A stretch of DNA of 32,000 nucleotides from Edaphobacter aggregans (GTDB lineage Bacteria > Acidobacteriota > Terriglobia > Terriglobales > Acidobacteriaceae). The notes under the pieces were generated by a model. That model saw only the letters and a program-made list of their open reading frames with translations, had not been told where the DNA came from and did no database searches. The position numbers and the translations under genes were made by a program. Where the stretch lies: positions 3,150,001-3,182,000 of the forward strand of contig NZ_RSDW01000001.1 in the NCBI RefSeq assembly GCF_003945235.1. Reading direction: 5' to 3'. Position 1 is the stretch's first letter, and each line of letters opens with the position of its first letter. Below, piece by piece: positions 8,814 to 17,319 of the stretch.

Positions 8814-8910
8814 AGGTACTGGTTTAGAGGGTATCGTGTGCAGCGGGGTTGGTGGGGCGCGAGCGGGATTTTCACAGGATTTATGGGGTGAATCATCACT
8901 CGAGTGCTGA

Positions 8911-9324
8911 CTATGGTACTGAAAGCCTTACTGTTTTGCCGAAAGATCGGCCAGGACTGAGGTAGCGATCGAGCACAGCGCTGAAGGCGATTGCTAGCAG
9001 ATAGGCAGCGATGTTTTTGAAGGAGAAGAAACGTCCGAGGATAAGTTGGCCGGCAAGGGTCAGGCGAAAGGCGTCGATCGCGGGCTCAGGGACGAGGCGT
9101 GAAAACTCAATGATGAGCGCCGCGAGTGCGGAGATTGTCGCGAGAGCAATGGGGTAGAGCTTTGGGAGTAGAGTTGCTATGAACCAGTAGAGCGCAACTG
9201 CCCAGAGGAAAGAGCCGCCGTACTTGTAGAAGAACCATGGCAGGCCAAGCGGAAGCATGCGCCATCCAATGCCGATGGGGATGGTGACGAGGACGATGGC
9301 CAGCGTGGTCAGAGAGCGGCGCAT
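8911..9324 (-). CDS. Small 4-TM membrane protein, DUF2809-like
   Basis: The ORF track gives 8911..9501. The first 59 codons overlap the upstream glycosylase gene and are Pro/Ser/Thr/Arg-rich. The internal ATG at 9324 (MRRSLTTLAIVLVTIPIGIGWRMLP...YKYGGSFLWAVALYWFI) starts 13 nt after the upstream stop and yields a 137-aa hydrophobic protein. The K-Y-G-G-x-x-L-W-A pattern resembles DUF2809 proteins. Confidence 0.55.
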   Translation of the reverse strand: MRRSLTTLAIVLVTIPIGIGWRMLPLGLPWFFYKYGGSFLWAVALYWFIATLLPKLYPIALATISALAALIIEFSRLVPEPAIDAFRLTLAGQLILGRFFSFKNIAAYLLAIAFSAVLDRYLSPGRSFGKTVRLSVP

Positions 9325-9337
9325 AAGGAAGCCGGGG

Positions 9338-10048
9338 TCACGGTTGGGGTGCGAGGCTTTTGTTGGCCAGGTCACAGGCTCGCCACATGTACCAGCTTGC
9401 GACCGAGCGCCAGGGAGCCCAGCGTTTGGCGCGGCGGTGCATCTCGTCGGGCTTGGGGAGGTCGAGTGGGGTGACCTTGTCGGCGGGCTTGAGCTTGCCA
9501 AAGGTGAGGGCGAAGCCTTTGCGGACGCCGTAGTCGGAGACGGGCAGGACGTCGGGGCGACCGAGGCGGAACATGAGCAGCATCTCGACGGTCCACCGAC
9601 CGATGCCGCGCACCTGGGTGAGGTGCTCGATGATGTCCTCGTCGGACATGCGGCGGATGCTGGTGAGCGTTGGGACGGTGCCGTCGAGGGTTTTGGCGGC
9701 TAGATCTCTCAGAGCCAAAGACTTGTTGTGCGAGAGACCGGCGGCGCGGAGCTGTTCGTTAGGGCAATCGAGCAAGTGCTGGGCGGCGAAGTGCTGATCG
9801 CCGTTGATGGGATGAAAACTTTCTAGGAGACGGCGGTGGATAGTCGCAGCGGCTTTGCCGTGGAGTTGCTGGTAGACGATGCTCTCGACGAGAGCTTCGA
9901 AAGGGGACTGTGCGCTGGCGACGCGGAGGGTGAAGGGGCCGGCGCGCTGGATGAGTTTGCCGAGCTTCGGGTCTGCGGCGGTGAGTTCGCTGAGTGCGAG
10001 GGTGGAGTCGTAACGAGGGGGGCGTGGGCTCGTGAGCGGACGCGGCAT
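9338..10048 (-). CDS. DNA-3-methyladenine glycosylase II family protein (AlkA-like, HhH-GPD superfamily, short form)
   Basis: 236 aa. Helix-hairpin-helix plus Gly/Pro loop in LTQVRGIGRWTVEMLLMFRLGRPDVLPVSDYGVRKG, including the catalytic Asp context. It lacks the AlkA N-terminal domain. Confidence 0.8.
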   Translation of the reverse strand: MPRPLTSPRPPRYDSTLALSELTAADPKLGKLIQRAGPFTLRVASAQSPFEALVESIVYQQLHGKAAATIHRRLLESFHPINGDQHFAAQHLLDCPNEQLRAAGLSHNKSLALRDLAAKTLDGTVPTLTSIRRMSDEDIIEHLTQVRGIGRWTVEMLLMFRLGRPDVLPVSDYGVRKGFALTFGKLKPADKVTPLDLPKPDEMHRRAKRWAPWRSVASWYMWRACDLANKSLAPQP

Positions 10049-10103
10049 GAGAAGACGGTATAGCAGAAGTGGGAGTAAAGTCTTCTGGTCGATTTAATAC
10101 AGG

Positions 10104-10137
10104 CTATATCGGTTCTTAATTCGGACTATATTGGTTC
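10104..10137. promoter_or_regulatory. Direct repeat CTATATYGGTTC x2 with 22-bp period (candidate transcription-factor site in a divergent intergenic region)
   Basis: CTATATCGGTTC (10104-10115) and CTATATTGGTTC (10126-10137) are 11/12 identical. Each is preceded by GG. They lie 56-89 bp upstream of the glycosylase start on the - strand. Confidence 0.3.
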
Positions 10138-10313
10138 GCATTTACAAGAGCGATACCTTTCGGGCAACGTAGATGTTGTGGTGAGTGGGCCCCGGAACAG
10201 GACCATGCACGAGATGTAGTGCAGGAGCTTTTGAAGTGGGTTCGATAATCGGATGTTGCAGGTAAAAAAACAGTTGCACACCGGCTAACACCGCGCAGAC
10301 AGGGCTTTTCCAC

Positions 10314-10322
10314 TGGTATACT
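10314..10322 (+). promoter_or_regulatory. Candidate extended -10 promoter element (TGgTATACT) for the act-cta cluster
   Basis: TGGTATACT at 10314-10322 fits TGnTATAAT in 8 of 9 positions. There is no good -35. It would give a leader of about 155 nt before the actA ATG (10485). Confidence 0.25.
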
Positions 10323-10484
10323 CGAACTTTCCAAGGGAAGATTTTTGGGCGTCGGAAACTGCGATGTCCATAATGGTCGACGCATTAAGGCATCGGCAAA
10401 AGCAGCAGGAACGAAACACTACCATCGAAAGCAACCTCCTCGACCTTCAAAGTCAGGTAACGCAGAGGAAGTAGGAACGCACTC

Positions 10485-11369
10485 ATGGCGCAAGTTTTTG
10501 ACCGCAGTTCGAACGCGCTGGCCCGTATGAGCCTGGTCTTGACGGGACTGATCGTCATCGCACTCGGCGTCGCTCTGAACCAGCTGCAGCGATCACCGTG
10601 GGTGACGCGGCAGGGCCAGCGGCCGGACCAGCCGATTCCGTTCAGCCACAAGCACCACGTCGAGGGACTTGGGCTCCAGTGCCAGTACTGTCACACGCAG
10701 GTGGAGAAGGCGGCGTTTGCCGGGATCCCGCCGACGAAGACATGTATCAACTGCCATTCGCAGATCTGGACCAACGCCGAGCTGCTTGAGCCGATCCGGC
10801 AGAGCTGGGCGACGGGCGCTTCGATCCAGTGGATCCGCGTGCATGACCTTCCGGACTTTGTGTACTTCAATCACTCGGTCCACGTGAATAAGGGAATCGG
10901 GTGCGCCAGCTGCCATGGCCGCGTCGACCAGATGCCGCTGATGTACATGGAGAACACGCTGCAGATGGAGTGGTGCCTGAACTGCCACCGCAACCCTGCT
11001 GCGAATCTGCGGCCAACAAGCGAGATCTACAACATGGCGTGGGCTGGCCCCTCGACCCGCAGGCCAGTCTGGTGCGGAAGCACGGGCCAGAATGATGGAA
11101 CGACAGCGCAGAGCGTGAACTGCACGACGACCGATCCAGCGGGCAAGCCCGGAGCTGAGCTTGCAGCGTTGCAGTTGACGCCTCCGCCGCCGACCAGCCA
11201 GGGAGTACAGCCGCGCGGAGGGCCGTCCGTCAGCGAGGCTTCACCTGTGCTTTTGCCGGGAAGCTATCAGAAATTCACGAGCCAGATTGAGCTGGGCAGG
11301 TACCTAACGGCTCAGTACCACATTCGCACGCCGAACGAACTCTCCAGTTGCGAGACGTGCCACCGATGA
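10485..11369 (+). CDS. actA: Alternative complex III subunit ActA, pentahaem cytochrome c
   Basis: 294 aa. N-terminal TM helix (MSLVLTGLIVIALGVAL) and five CxxCH motifs (CQYCH, CINCH, CASCH, CLNCH, CETCH). It is the first gene of an actABCDEF-ordered cluster. Confidence 0.9.
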   Translation: MAQVFDRSSNALARMSLVLTGLIVIALGVALNQLQRSPWVTRQGQRPDQPIPFSHKHHVEGLGLQCQYCHTQVEKAAFAGIPPTKTCINCHSQIWTNAELLEPIRQSWATGASIQWIRVHDLPDFVYFNHSVHVNKGIGCASCHGRVDQMPLMYMENTLQMEWCLNCHRNPAANLRPTSEIYNMAWAGPSTRRPVWCGSTGQNDGTTAQSVNCTTTDPAGKPGAELAALQLTPPPPTSQGVQPRGGPSVSEASPVLLPGSYQKFTSQIELGRYLTAQYHIRTPNELSSCETCHR

Positions 11370-14300
11370 AAACGACTGGGATTGGAACAGAAGATACGAT
11401 GGCTGAGACAAAGTCACAGACGGACGCAGTAGTGGTCACCCAGATTGCACCGGCCAAGCTGACGCTGGCCGAGGTTCGCGCGAAGCTGGACGGCAAGACG
11501 GGGCGGCGCTTCTGGAAGAATCTGGATGAGTTGGCCGAGACGCCGGCGTTTCAGGAGCTGATGCAGGAAGAGTTTCCGCGCCAGTCGACCGAGTGGGTTG
11601 ATGCGGTCAGCCGCCGCGGCTTCCTGAAGGTGATGGGCGCATCGCTTGCGCTGGCCGGACTCGCAGGTTGCACCAAGCAGCCGGATGAGCCGATCTTTCC
11701 TTATGTGAAGCAGCCCGAGGATCTCGTTCTCGGCAAGCCAATGTACTTTGCGACGGCGTATCCGTTCCCGACCGGCGCGATTCCGGTGCTGGTGAAGTCG
11801 GATGCGTTCCGCCCGATCAAGATTGATGGCAATCCGGAGCATCCGGTCTCGAAGGGCCGCTCGGACGCGTTCACGCAGGCGACGCTGCTCGATATGTACG
11901 ATCCGGACCGCTCGCAGCATGTTCTGCGGCACGGACAGACCTCGAGCTGGGGACAGTTCCAGGAGGCGTTTCAGGCTGCGGCGAAGAAGACGTCCGGTGG
12001 ACAGGGCCTCTACTTTCTGAGCGAGACGGTCACCTCGCCAACTCTGGCCGAGCAGTGGAAACAGCTTCAGGCGGCGTATCCGCAGGCGAAGCTGGTGCAG
12101 TGGGAGCCGGTAAATCAGGACTCGTCCCGCGCGGCTTCGAAGGCAGTTTTCGGTAGCTATGTCGATGCGCAGTACCATCTGGAGGCGGCAGACGTCATCC
12201 TCTCGCTCGATGCGGATTTCCTTGGAGGCATTGCGCACCCAGGCTTCCTGCCTCTGGCCGCGGCTTACGCGGAGCGGCATCGCTACGAAGAAGGCAAGAC
12301 GATGAATCGGCTGTACGTCGTCGAATCGACGCCGACAGTGACGGGGTTCAAGGCTGAGCACAGGCTGGCACTGAAGCCGAGCGAGATTGCAGGCTTCGCG
12401 CAGGCGCTGGTGAGCGGTACTGCTCCGGTGGGTGCTAGCGGCGAAGCGCAGAAGTTCTTCGCGACGCTGAAGGCTGAGCTTGAGGCCAGTGGTGGACGCT
12501 GCGTCGTGATTCCTGGCGAGCAGGCTTCGCCTTCGGTGCATGCCTCTGCACATCTGCTGAACGCTTCGCTGGGCAACGTTGGCAAGACGGTCATCTACAC
12601 CGAGACGGTGAATCCGCTGCCGAGCGAGCAGCTGGCCGATTTGAAGGCTCTGGTCGCCGACATGAACGCGGGCAAGGTTCAGTGGCTGGTGGTGCTGGGT
12701 GTCAATCCTCTGTACTCGGCTCCGGCTGACCTGAACTTCCTCGATGCGTTCAACAAGGTACCGGTGACGGCGCACCTGGGCTCGCATCTCGATGAGACGG
12801 GTTCGGTCTCGAACTGGCACATCAATAAGGCTCATTATCTCGAGAGCTGGTCGGATGCGCGGGCCTATGACGGCACGATTTCGATCGTTCAGCCGATGAT
12901 CGATCCACTGTACTCGGGCAAGTCAGCACACGATGTCTTCCAGACACTGCTGGCTAACCCAGTGGCATCGCCTTACGACGCTGTTCAGGCGACGGCGCGC
13001 ACCTACATCAAGGGTGACTTCGCTCCGAGTTGGCGCAAGGCGCTGCATGACGGCTGGGTTGAAGGCACGGCCTTTGCGGCGAAGACGACCGGCGCGCCGA
13101 AGAGTGGTGTGGTTCCGGTAGAGTCGCTCGCTGGCGGCGCAAATGGTTTAGAGATTCTGTTCCGCCCCGATCCTTCGCTCTACGACGGTCGCTTCGGCAA
13201 TGTTGGCTGGCTACAGGAGTTGCCCAAGCAGGTTACGAACTTGAGCTGGGATAACGCGGCGCTGATGAGCATGGACACCATGGGCGATCTAAAGCTCGAG
13301 GAGACCGACCTGGTCACGATCGAGCTGAATGGCCGCAAGGTGATCGCTCCGGTGTTGATGTCCCCCGGGCACCCTGCAGGTGTGGTGACGGTGCATCTTG
13401 GGCTGGGACGCAGGGCCGAGGCTGGCCGCGTCGCTGCGGGCGTGGGTTTTGACGCCTATGCTGTGCGCACCTCGGACGCTCCGCTTTTCTCTGGTGGCGC
13501 GAAGCTGACTAAGGCCCCCGGATCGTACGACATCTGCGTCACCAAGGTTCACGCGATGGAGACACGCGGCGCGTTTGCGCAGCTCCACTTCGAGCATCCT
13601 CACCTTGAAGGTGCAACATCGCTTCCTGGTAATGAGGCCATGGAGCGCGGCGTGATCCGCTATGCCACGCTGGAAGAGTACAAAAAGACACCGGGCTTTG
13701 CGCATGAAGGCAGCCCGATGCGAGAGACTCCGGAGCATGAGACCAGCTTCTTCCCTGATGCGTGGAACTACCAGAAGAAAGATCCGTCCACGCTGAAGGT
13801 TCAGAATGCATGGGGCATGGCTATCGACCTCAATAGCTGCATCGGCTGCAACGCATGCGTCGTAAGCTGCTATGCGGAAAACAACATCCCCGTGGTCGGC
13901 CGCGAGCAGGTGAAGGTGGGCCGCAACATGCAGTGGCTCCGCATCGACACCTACTTCGAGGGCGATCTGCATGCTCCGCGTGCGCACTTCCAGCCAATGA
14001 CCTGCCAGCACTGCGAGAACGCGGGCTGCGAGCAGGTCTGCCCGGTCGGTGCGACGGTCCACACGCCGGAAGGCCTGAACACGATGGTCTACAACCGCTG
14101 CGTGGGCACTCGCTACTGCTCGAACAATTGCCCCTACAAGGTGCGGCGCTTCAACTTCCTTCTGTACTCGGACTTCGACACGGAGAGCTTGAAGTTCATG
14201 CGCAATCCGGACGTTTCGGTTCGTTCACGCGGCGTGATGGAGAAGTGCAGTTATTGCGTGCAGCGGATCGAAGCGGCAAAGATTACCGCCGACAAGGAAA

Positions 14301-14512
14301 ACCGCGAGGTTCGCGACGGCGATATCGTAACGGCCTGCCAGCAGGCATGCCCGACCGATGCAATTGTCTTCGGCAACATCAACGACAAGGCAAGCAGGGT
14401 AGCAAAGCGCAAGGCTGAGGAGCGTGACTACCAGGTGCTGGCCGACCTCAACTTCCGTCCTCGCACCAGCTATACGGCTGGCGTCATCAACCCGAATCCG
14501 GAGTTGGCATAA
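11366..14512 (+). CDS. actB: Alternative complex III subunit ActB (molybdopterin-oxidoreductase-like domain fused to 4-cluster FeS domain), Tat-exported lipoprotein
   Basis: Twin-arginine signal plus lipobox ([21 protein letters not shown]). A large MopB-like domain is followed by ferredoxin-type Cys clusters ([44 protein letters not shown]...CQQACP). The start is ambiguous: TTG 11348 (ORF track), ATG 11366 (ATGA overlap with the actA stop, chosen here) or ATG 11399 (MAETK...). The end is firm. Confidence 0.9.
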   Translation: MKTTGIGTEDTMAETKSQTDAVVVTQIAPAKLTLAEVRAKLDGKTGRRFWKNLDELAETPAFQELMQEEFPRQSTEWVDAVSRRGFLKVMGASLALAGLAGCTKQPDEPIFPYVKQPEDLVLGKPMYFATAYPFPTGAIPVLVKSDAFRPIKIDGNPEHPVSKGRSDAFTQATLLDMYDPDRSQHVLRHGQTSSWGQFQEAFQAAAKKTSGGQGLYFLSETVTSPTLAEQWKQLQAAYPQAKLVQWEPVNQDSSRAASKAVFGSYVDAQYHLEAADVILSLDADFLGGIAHPGFLPLAAAYAERHRYEEGKTMNRLYVVESTPTVTGFKAEHRLALKPSEIAGFAQALVSGTAPVGASGEAQKFFATLKAELEASGGRCVVIPGEQASPSVHASAHLLNASLGNVGKTVIYTETVNPLPSEQLADLKALVADMNAGKVQWLVVLGVNPLYSAPADLNFLDAFNKVPVTAHLGSHLDETGSVSNWHINKAHYLESWSDARAYDGTISIVQPMIDPLYSGKSAHDVFQTLLANPVASPYDAVQATARTYIKGDFAPSWRKALHDGWVEGTAFAAKTTGAPKSGVVPVESLAGGANGLEILFRPDPSLYDGRFGNVGWLQELPKQVTNLSWDNAALMSMDTMGDLKLEETDLVTIELNGRKVIAPVLMSPGHPAGVVTVHLGLGRRAEAGRVAAGVGFDAYAVRTSDAPLFSGGAKLTKAPGSYDICVTKVHAMETRGAFAQLHFEHPHLEGATSLPGNEAMERGVIRYATLEEYKKTPGFAHEGSPMRETPEHETSFFPDAWNYQKKDPSTLKVQNAWGMAIDLNSCIGCNACVVSCYAENNIPVVGREQVKVGRNMQWLRIDTYFEGDLHAPRAHFQPMTCQHCENAGCEQVCPVGATVHTPEGLNTMVYNRCVGTRYCSNNCPYKVRRFNFLLYSDFDTESLKFMRNPDVSVRSRGVMEKCSYCVQRIEAAKITADKENREVRDGDIVTACQQACPTDAIVFGNINDKASRVAKRKAEERDYQVLADLNFRPRTSYTAGVINPNPELA

Positions 14513-15942
14513 TGGCTACCAAAGGACCCATCAACGACCCGATGATTGACCCGCGTACCGGCGAGTACGCCGTCATCGCCCCGGGCCACAACTTCAAGTC
14601 GGTCACGCAAAAGATCGCCGGGATCGTGCTGACGTCGAATACGCCGCTGGGATGGTTTTTTGGCTTGCTGGTGGCGTCCGGCTTTGTAACGGGCCTGGTG
14701 ATCGGTCTTACCTGGCTGGTTCTGAAGGGCGTCGGCATCTGGGGCGTCACGATTCCGGGAGCCTGGGGCTTCGCCATCATCAACTTCGTCTGGTGGATCG
14801 GTATCGGTCACGCCGGCACGCTGATCTCGGCGATTCTGCTGCTGTTCAAGCAGACCTGGCGTAACTCGATCAACCGGTTTGCCGAGGCGATGACGATTTT
14901 CGCGGTTGTCTGCGCCGGCATGTTCCCGCTGATCCACGTGGGCCGTCCGTGGCTGGGATACTGGCTTTTCCCGTACCCGAACACGATGAACGTGTGGCCG
15001 CAGTTCCGGTCACCGCTGGCCTGGGACGTCTTTGCGGTCTCGACCTACGCGACGATCTCGGTAGTCTTCTGGTACATCGGCATGATCCCGGACTTCGGCA
15101 CGTTGCGCGACCGAGCGCAGCTTCCGCTGGCGAAGTACTTCTACGGCATCCTCTCTCTTGGGTGGCGTGGATCGACGCGTCACTGGATCCGTTATGAGTC
15201 GGCGTCACTGCTGCTGGCGGGCCTTTCGACACCGCTGGTGCTCTCGGTGCACACGGTCATCAGCTTCGACTTCGCTGTGGCTGCGCTTCCGGGTTGGCAC
15301 ACGACGATCTTCCCGCCATACTTCGTTGCGGGCGCCATCTACTCGGGCTTCGCCATGGTTATCACTCTGGCGATTCCGATCCGCAAGTTCTACCACCTGG
15401 AAGATCTGGTCACGTTGCGCCACCTCGACAACATGGCGAAGGTCATGCTGGGAACCGGCTTGATTGTGGGCTACGGCTACGGCATGGAAGTCTTCATGGC
15501 GTGGTACTCGGCCAGCCACTGGGAGTGGTTCATGATGTGGAACCGCATGTTCGGCCCCATGGGCTGGGCCTACGGCATCCTGATCCTGACCAACCTCGCG
15601 ATTCCGCTGACGACGCTGTGGTCGCGTAAGCTCCGGGTCAACGTGGCTTTCCTGTTCGTGCTCTCGTTCATCATCAACACGGGCATGTGGTTTGAGCGCT
15701 TCGTCATCGTTGTGACCAGCCTCTACCGTGACTTCCTGCCGTCAAGCTGGGGAACATATCGTGCGACGCGGTGGGACTACATCATCTACGTCGGAACGCT
15801 TGGCCTGTTCACCTTCCTGTTCTTCCTGTTCGTGCGCTTCCTCCCAATGATCCCGATGAACGAGATCCGGATGATGCTGCCGCAGACCAAGGTAACCCGT
15901 GGCGGCGCGACCGCCGAACAAGTCAGTGAGGAGTCAGCCTAA
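14512..15942 (+). CDS. actC: Alternative complex III subunit ActC (NrfD/PsrC-like quinol-interacting membrane subunit)
   Basis: 476 aa, about 10 TM helices, NrfD-like. Its ATG overlaps the actB stop (TAATG at 14510-14514). Confidence 0.9.
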   Translation: MATKGPINDPMIDPRTGEYAVIAPGHNFKSVTQKIAGIVLTSNTPLGWFFGLLVASGFVTGLVIGLTWLVLKGVGIWGVTIPGAWGFAIINFVWWIGIGHAGTLISAILLLFKQTWRNSINRFAEAMTIFAVVCAGMFPLIHVGRPWLGYWLFPYPNTMNVWPQFRSPLAWDVFAVSTYATISVVFWYIGMIPDFGTLRDRAQLPLAKYFYGILSLGWRGSTRHWIRYESASLLLAGLSTPLVLSVHTVISFDFAVAALPGWHTTIFPPYFVAGAIYSGFAMVITLAIPIRKFYHLEDLVTLRHLDNMAKVMLGTGLIVGYGYGMEVFMAWYSASHWEWFMMWNRMFGPMGWAYGILILTNLAIPLTTLWSRKLRVNVAFLFVLSFIINTGMWFERFVIVVTSLYRDFLPSSWGTYRATRWDYIIYVGTLGLFTFLFFLFVRFLPMIPMNEIRMMLPQTKVTRGGATAEQVSEESA

Positions 15943-16484
15943 TGCCGCCGCGCGAAGGAATCTACGGTCTACTGGCGGAGTTCAATACTCCAAGTGAGTT
16001 GGTGCATGCGACGGAGGCAGCGCACAGCGCAGGCTATCGCCGCATGGAATGCTACACGCCCTACCCGGTGGAAGAGGCGGCGTCGGCCCTGCATTTTCAC
16101 AAGACGCGCGTGCCGTTGGTGTGCCTGCTGGGCGGCGTTATCGGCGTGACGACCGCGTTCATGATGCAGACGTGGGTTGCCGTGTGGGCTTATCCACTGA
16201 ATATCGGCGGCCGTCCCCTGTTTTCGTGGCCCGCATTTATCATTCCGGCCTACGAGTGGACGATTCTGTTCGCCGGCCTTTCGGCTGCCTTCGGCATGAT
16301 CGCGCTGAATGGCCTACCGCAGCTCTATCATCCTGTCTTCAACGCCCCGAACTTCCGTAGCGGCGCGACGACGGACAAGTTCTTTCTTTGCCTCGAAGCG
16401 GCCGATCCGAAGTTTTCTGTGACCGAGACACGGGCATTCCTTGAACAGTTCTCCGCGGTCTCCGTGGTGGAGGTGGATCATTAA
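15942..16484 (+). CDS. actD: Alternative complex III subunit ActD (DUF3341-type membrane protein)
   Basis: 180 aa. The N-terminal soluble part (YGLLAEFNTPSELVHATEAAHSAGYRRMECYTPYPVEE) is typical of DUF3341/ActD and is followed by two TM helices. TAATG overlap with actC (15940-15944). Confidence 0.85.
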   Translation: MPPREGIYGLLAEFNTPSELVHATEAAHSAGYRRMECYTPYPVEEAASALHFHKTRVPLVCLLGGVIGVTTAFMMQTWVAVWAYPLNIGGRPLFSWPAFIIPAYEWTILFAGLSAAFGMIALNGLPQLYHPVFNAPNFRSGATTDKFFLCLEAADPKFSVTETRAFLEQFSAVSVVEVDH

Positions 16485-17286
16485 TACGCACGCAAACCAA
16501 ACCTCCCGGCGCATCGGCCTTGCCACGGCGGCTTTCGCCCTGATGTTTACCATTGGCTGCCGCCAGGATATGCAGGATCAGCCGAAGTTCATTCCGTTGC
16601 GCGGCACGGACTTCTACGCGGATGGACGCTCGGCGCGCCCGCAGGTGCAGAACACCGTAGCGCGTAATCAGCTGCATACGGACAACTACTTCGAGACCGG
16701 TCTGGTCGACGGCAAAGAAGGCAACGCGTTGCCCTTCCCTGCGACTCTGGAAGTGCTCCAGCGCGGGCAGGAACGCTTCAATGTCTACTGCACGCCCTGT
16801 CACTCGCGCGTAGGCAATGGCGCCGGCATGATCGTGCAGCGCGGCTATGCTCCGGCGGGCAACTTCCACACGGCCCGCTTGCAGGCGGCTCCGCTGGGAC
16901 ATTTTTTCAACGTGATGACCAACGGCTACGGAGCAATGCCCGACTACTCGGCGCAGCTGACTCCTGCTGATCGCTGGGCGGTTGTCGCCTACATCCGGGC
17001 GCTTCAGCTGAGCCAAAACGCAACACAAGCGGATGTCGCATCGGGTAGCCACGTCGAGCCGCTCGACAGCATCGCCGAAAAAGAGGGCCTGCCTGCAAGT
17101 TTCGCGGGCGAGTGGACCCTCCCCGCAACGGCAGTTCACGGTACGCCCACTGGCGATACGTTTGTGTTGCCGCAAAGCTCGACCAATTCGAACCCCGGTT
17201 CGGGAGCGCCTGCTGCCTCTCAGCCGAAAACAGCAAATTCGCCGGCCGCCGATGTGCCAGCCGGACAAACCGCACCGAAGCAGTAA
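16441..17286 (+). CDS. actE: Alternative complex III subunit ActE, monohaem cytochrome c (probable lipoprotein)
   Basis: 281 aa. Signal-like RRIGLATAAFALMFTIGC ends in Cys. There is a single CTPCH motif with a distal Met context (GYGAMPDY), and a Pro/Ala/Ser-rich tail. The only canonical in-frame start that keeps the signal peptide is TTG 16441, which overlaps actD by 44 nt. The start is therefore uncertain. Confidence 0.8.
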   Translation: MNSSPRSPWWRWIINTHANQTSRRIGLATAAFALMFTIGCRQDMQDQPKFIPLRGTDFYADGRSARPQVQNTVARNQLHTDNYFETGLVDGKEGNALPFPATLEVLQRGQERFNVYCTPCHSRVGNGAGMIVQRGYAPAGNFHTARLQAAPLGHFFNVMTNGYGAMPDYSAQLTPADRWAVVAYIRALQLSQNATQADVASGSHVEPLDSIAEKEGLPASFAGEWTLPATAVHGTPTGDTFVLPQSSTNSNPGSGAPAASQPKTANSPAADVPAGQTAPKQ

Positions 17287-17319
17287 CCTCGGAAGCTTCC
17301 GAACGAAGGCTTGAAACGC

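Noticed and set aside
7864-8891. Two long alternative-frame/antisense ORFs within GH57 (7864..8622 on the - strand, 8091..8891 on the + strand)
   Set aside because: They are Pro/Arg/His-rich or Gly/Val/Asp-rich low-complexity products. The GH57 frame carries all the family motifs.
8898-8907. Perfect 10-bp palindrome CACTCGAGTG just downstream of the DUF2809-like stop, considered as a terminator
   Set aside because: It has no loop and no T-tract. It is most simply a chance XhoI-type palindrome.
9325-9501. N-terminal 59-codon extension of the DUF2809-like ORF
   Set aside because: It overlaps the 3' end of the glycosylase gene and is Pro/Ser/Thr-rich and non-hydrophobic. The internal ATG at 9324 gives a compact membrane protein starting 13 nt after the upstream stop.
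10238-10250. tRNA T-loop-like string GGGTTCGATAATC
   Set aside because: The flanks cannot form a T-stem, acceptor stem or anticodon arm on either strand, so this is not a tRNA or tmRNA.
10363-10390. dif/XerCD-like 28-mer (GATGTCCATAA-TGGTCG-ACGCATTAAGG), examined because of the composition switch
   Set aside because: Only the CATAATG part of the left arm resembles dif. The normally best-conserved right arm matches TTATGTTAAAT at 4 of 11 positions. It is also 14 kb away from the apparent switch. I found no dif-like site in 24.0-25.9 kb either.
11348-11365. TTG start for actB given by the ORF track
   Set aside because: It is possible but less likely than ATG 11366 (ATGA coupling) or ATG 11399. 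It is kept as an alternative in the feature evidence.
11414-12835. 473-aa ORF antisense to actB
   Set aside because: It is Arg/Leu/Gln-rich with no motifs and lies entirely inside a confidently assigned gene on the opposite strand. This is a typical shadow ORF of GC-rich DNA.
16339-17268. 309-aa ORF antisense to actE
   Set aside because: It is an Arg-rich shadow ORF. The sense frame has the CTPCH haem motif and a signal peptide.
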